Shown piece after piece: positions 62,851 to 64,000 of a DNA stretch of 64,000 nucleotides. Source of the DNA: Mobula hypostoma (taxonomy: Eukaryota); assembly GCF_963921235.1 (NCBI RefSeq), contig NC_086097.1, positions 208,508,001-208,572,000 of the forward strand. Reading direction: 5' to 3'. The position numbers and the translations under genes are program-made. The first letter of the stretch is position 1; each line of letters starts with the position of its first letter. The notes under the pieces are model-generated. The model saw only the letters and a list, made by a program, of their open reading frames with translations, ran no database searches and had not been told where the DNA came from.

Positions 62851-64000
62851 TGCAGATTATTTTGTGTTAACAATTATTAGGAACAATGGGAAGTGGTTTA
62901 TAGGCTATAATTTCTCACACATCTCAGAAGTTCCTTCAGCATTATTTCCTTTTGTCATGCATCATCCAATTGCTTTTACCACGAGGACAATCTAGGCCTC
63001 TCTCACATCTTGCCAGTCCCTTTCACTTCATCACACCAAGCTCATTCCTCATTACTACCCTTATGATTTCTTTTAATAATAGGATTATGTAATACTTTCT
63101 TAATTTCTGTCTGATTTTCAAAATCTCAAATATAACATTTGGTTACAAACCTTGATCATATCTATCTGATGTTTATAAGATCATGCCCATCCTTTCATGA
63201 TATTAAATTATTCATCTTGTCATGAATGTTGTTCGTGTATTCAGAGAAAAGCTATATTTCAACCATTTTCATCTAACTTGATCTCATTCGTGTTTTAAAA
63301 TTTATTATTTTTTTTCTGGATCTGGACATTATTGTCTATTTTTAAGTGCCTTGAGCTGCTTTGCTTTCTAGGTCATTTTAGAGTTAATTTCATTGGTATT
63401 TTGTCTTCATGCGTAGGCCAGACTGGGTAAGGATGACAGATTTTCTTCCCCTACAGAACATTAGTAAATCAGTTCTTTTTTAACCATTATCTGGTGGTCT
63501 TGTAGCCATCATTACATTTATGTTTTTTAAAATCAGATTGTTAATTGAATTTTTAATTTCCAAACTGCCATGATGCAATTTGAATTCCACTCTTTGGATT
63601 TTTAATTAAGGATTTTGGATTACTGTACTAGTCATTTTATAGTCAATAACTAGTAGTTTAACCATTGTCTAATCACCATTGTTATAGTTTTGGCTTTAAA
63701 CTAGTTCTTCTAATCACATTTTGTGTCTTTTATCCTTAACTTGTTATTTTAAAATCTGTAAGTCCTTACCTACTTGAACACTTTTCCTTCCTTTGTCAGT
63801 ATAAAGGCATATTTGCTTCTCCAGTTGTTTTATTCTCAGGACAGCTATTCCAATCTGGTTTAAGTGGAGCTTGTCCCAGTAGAACAGCCCCCTCTTTTCC
63901 CTGCACTAGTGCTGTTGCTGTTAATCAAAAACTGTGTCCTCCATGCTGCTCTTTGAGTCCTACACTGTGATCCATGAACATGATCATTTTTGAATGTATT

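Overview
Eukaryotic, repeat-dense vertebrate DNA. The CR1/Rex1/Penelope/SINE content suggests a cartilaginous fish such as a ray (inference). The window holds a compact head-to-head gene pair: LYPLA1 exon 1 (minus strand, ATG 9365) and MRPL15 (plus strand, ATG 9981 to stop 32174), sharing a ~615-bp CpG-rich promoter. Four MRPL15 exons have canonical splice sites, but I cannot find the conserved third exon, and the exon 2 and exon 4 phases are incompatible without it. MRPL15 intron 1 contains a ~10.5-kb array of a hairpin-forming 48-bp unit. The rest is mostly decayed, often nested transposons: CR1, Rex1/Babar, RTE, L1, L2, R4/Dong, Penelope, Tc1, Tigger-like, Chapaev-like, solo LTRs and SINEs. 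Penelope termini carry minimal hammerhead-ribozyme motifs. Exon and solo-LTR coordinates were counted by hand; other transposon boundaries are approximate, and family names come from motif recognition, not database searches. I found no convincing wholly new biological system.
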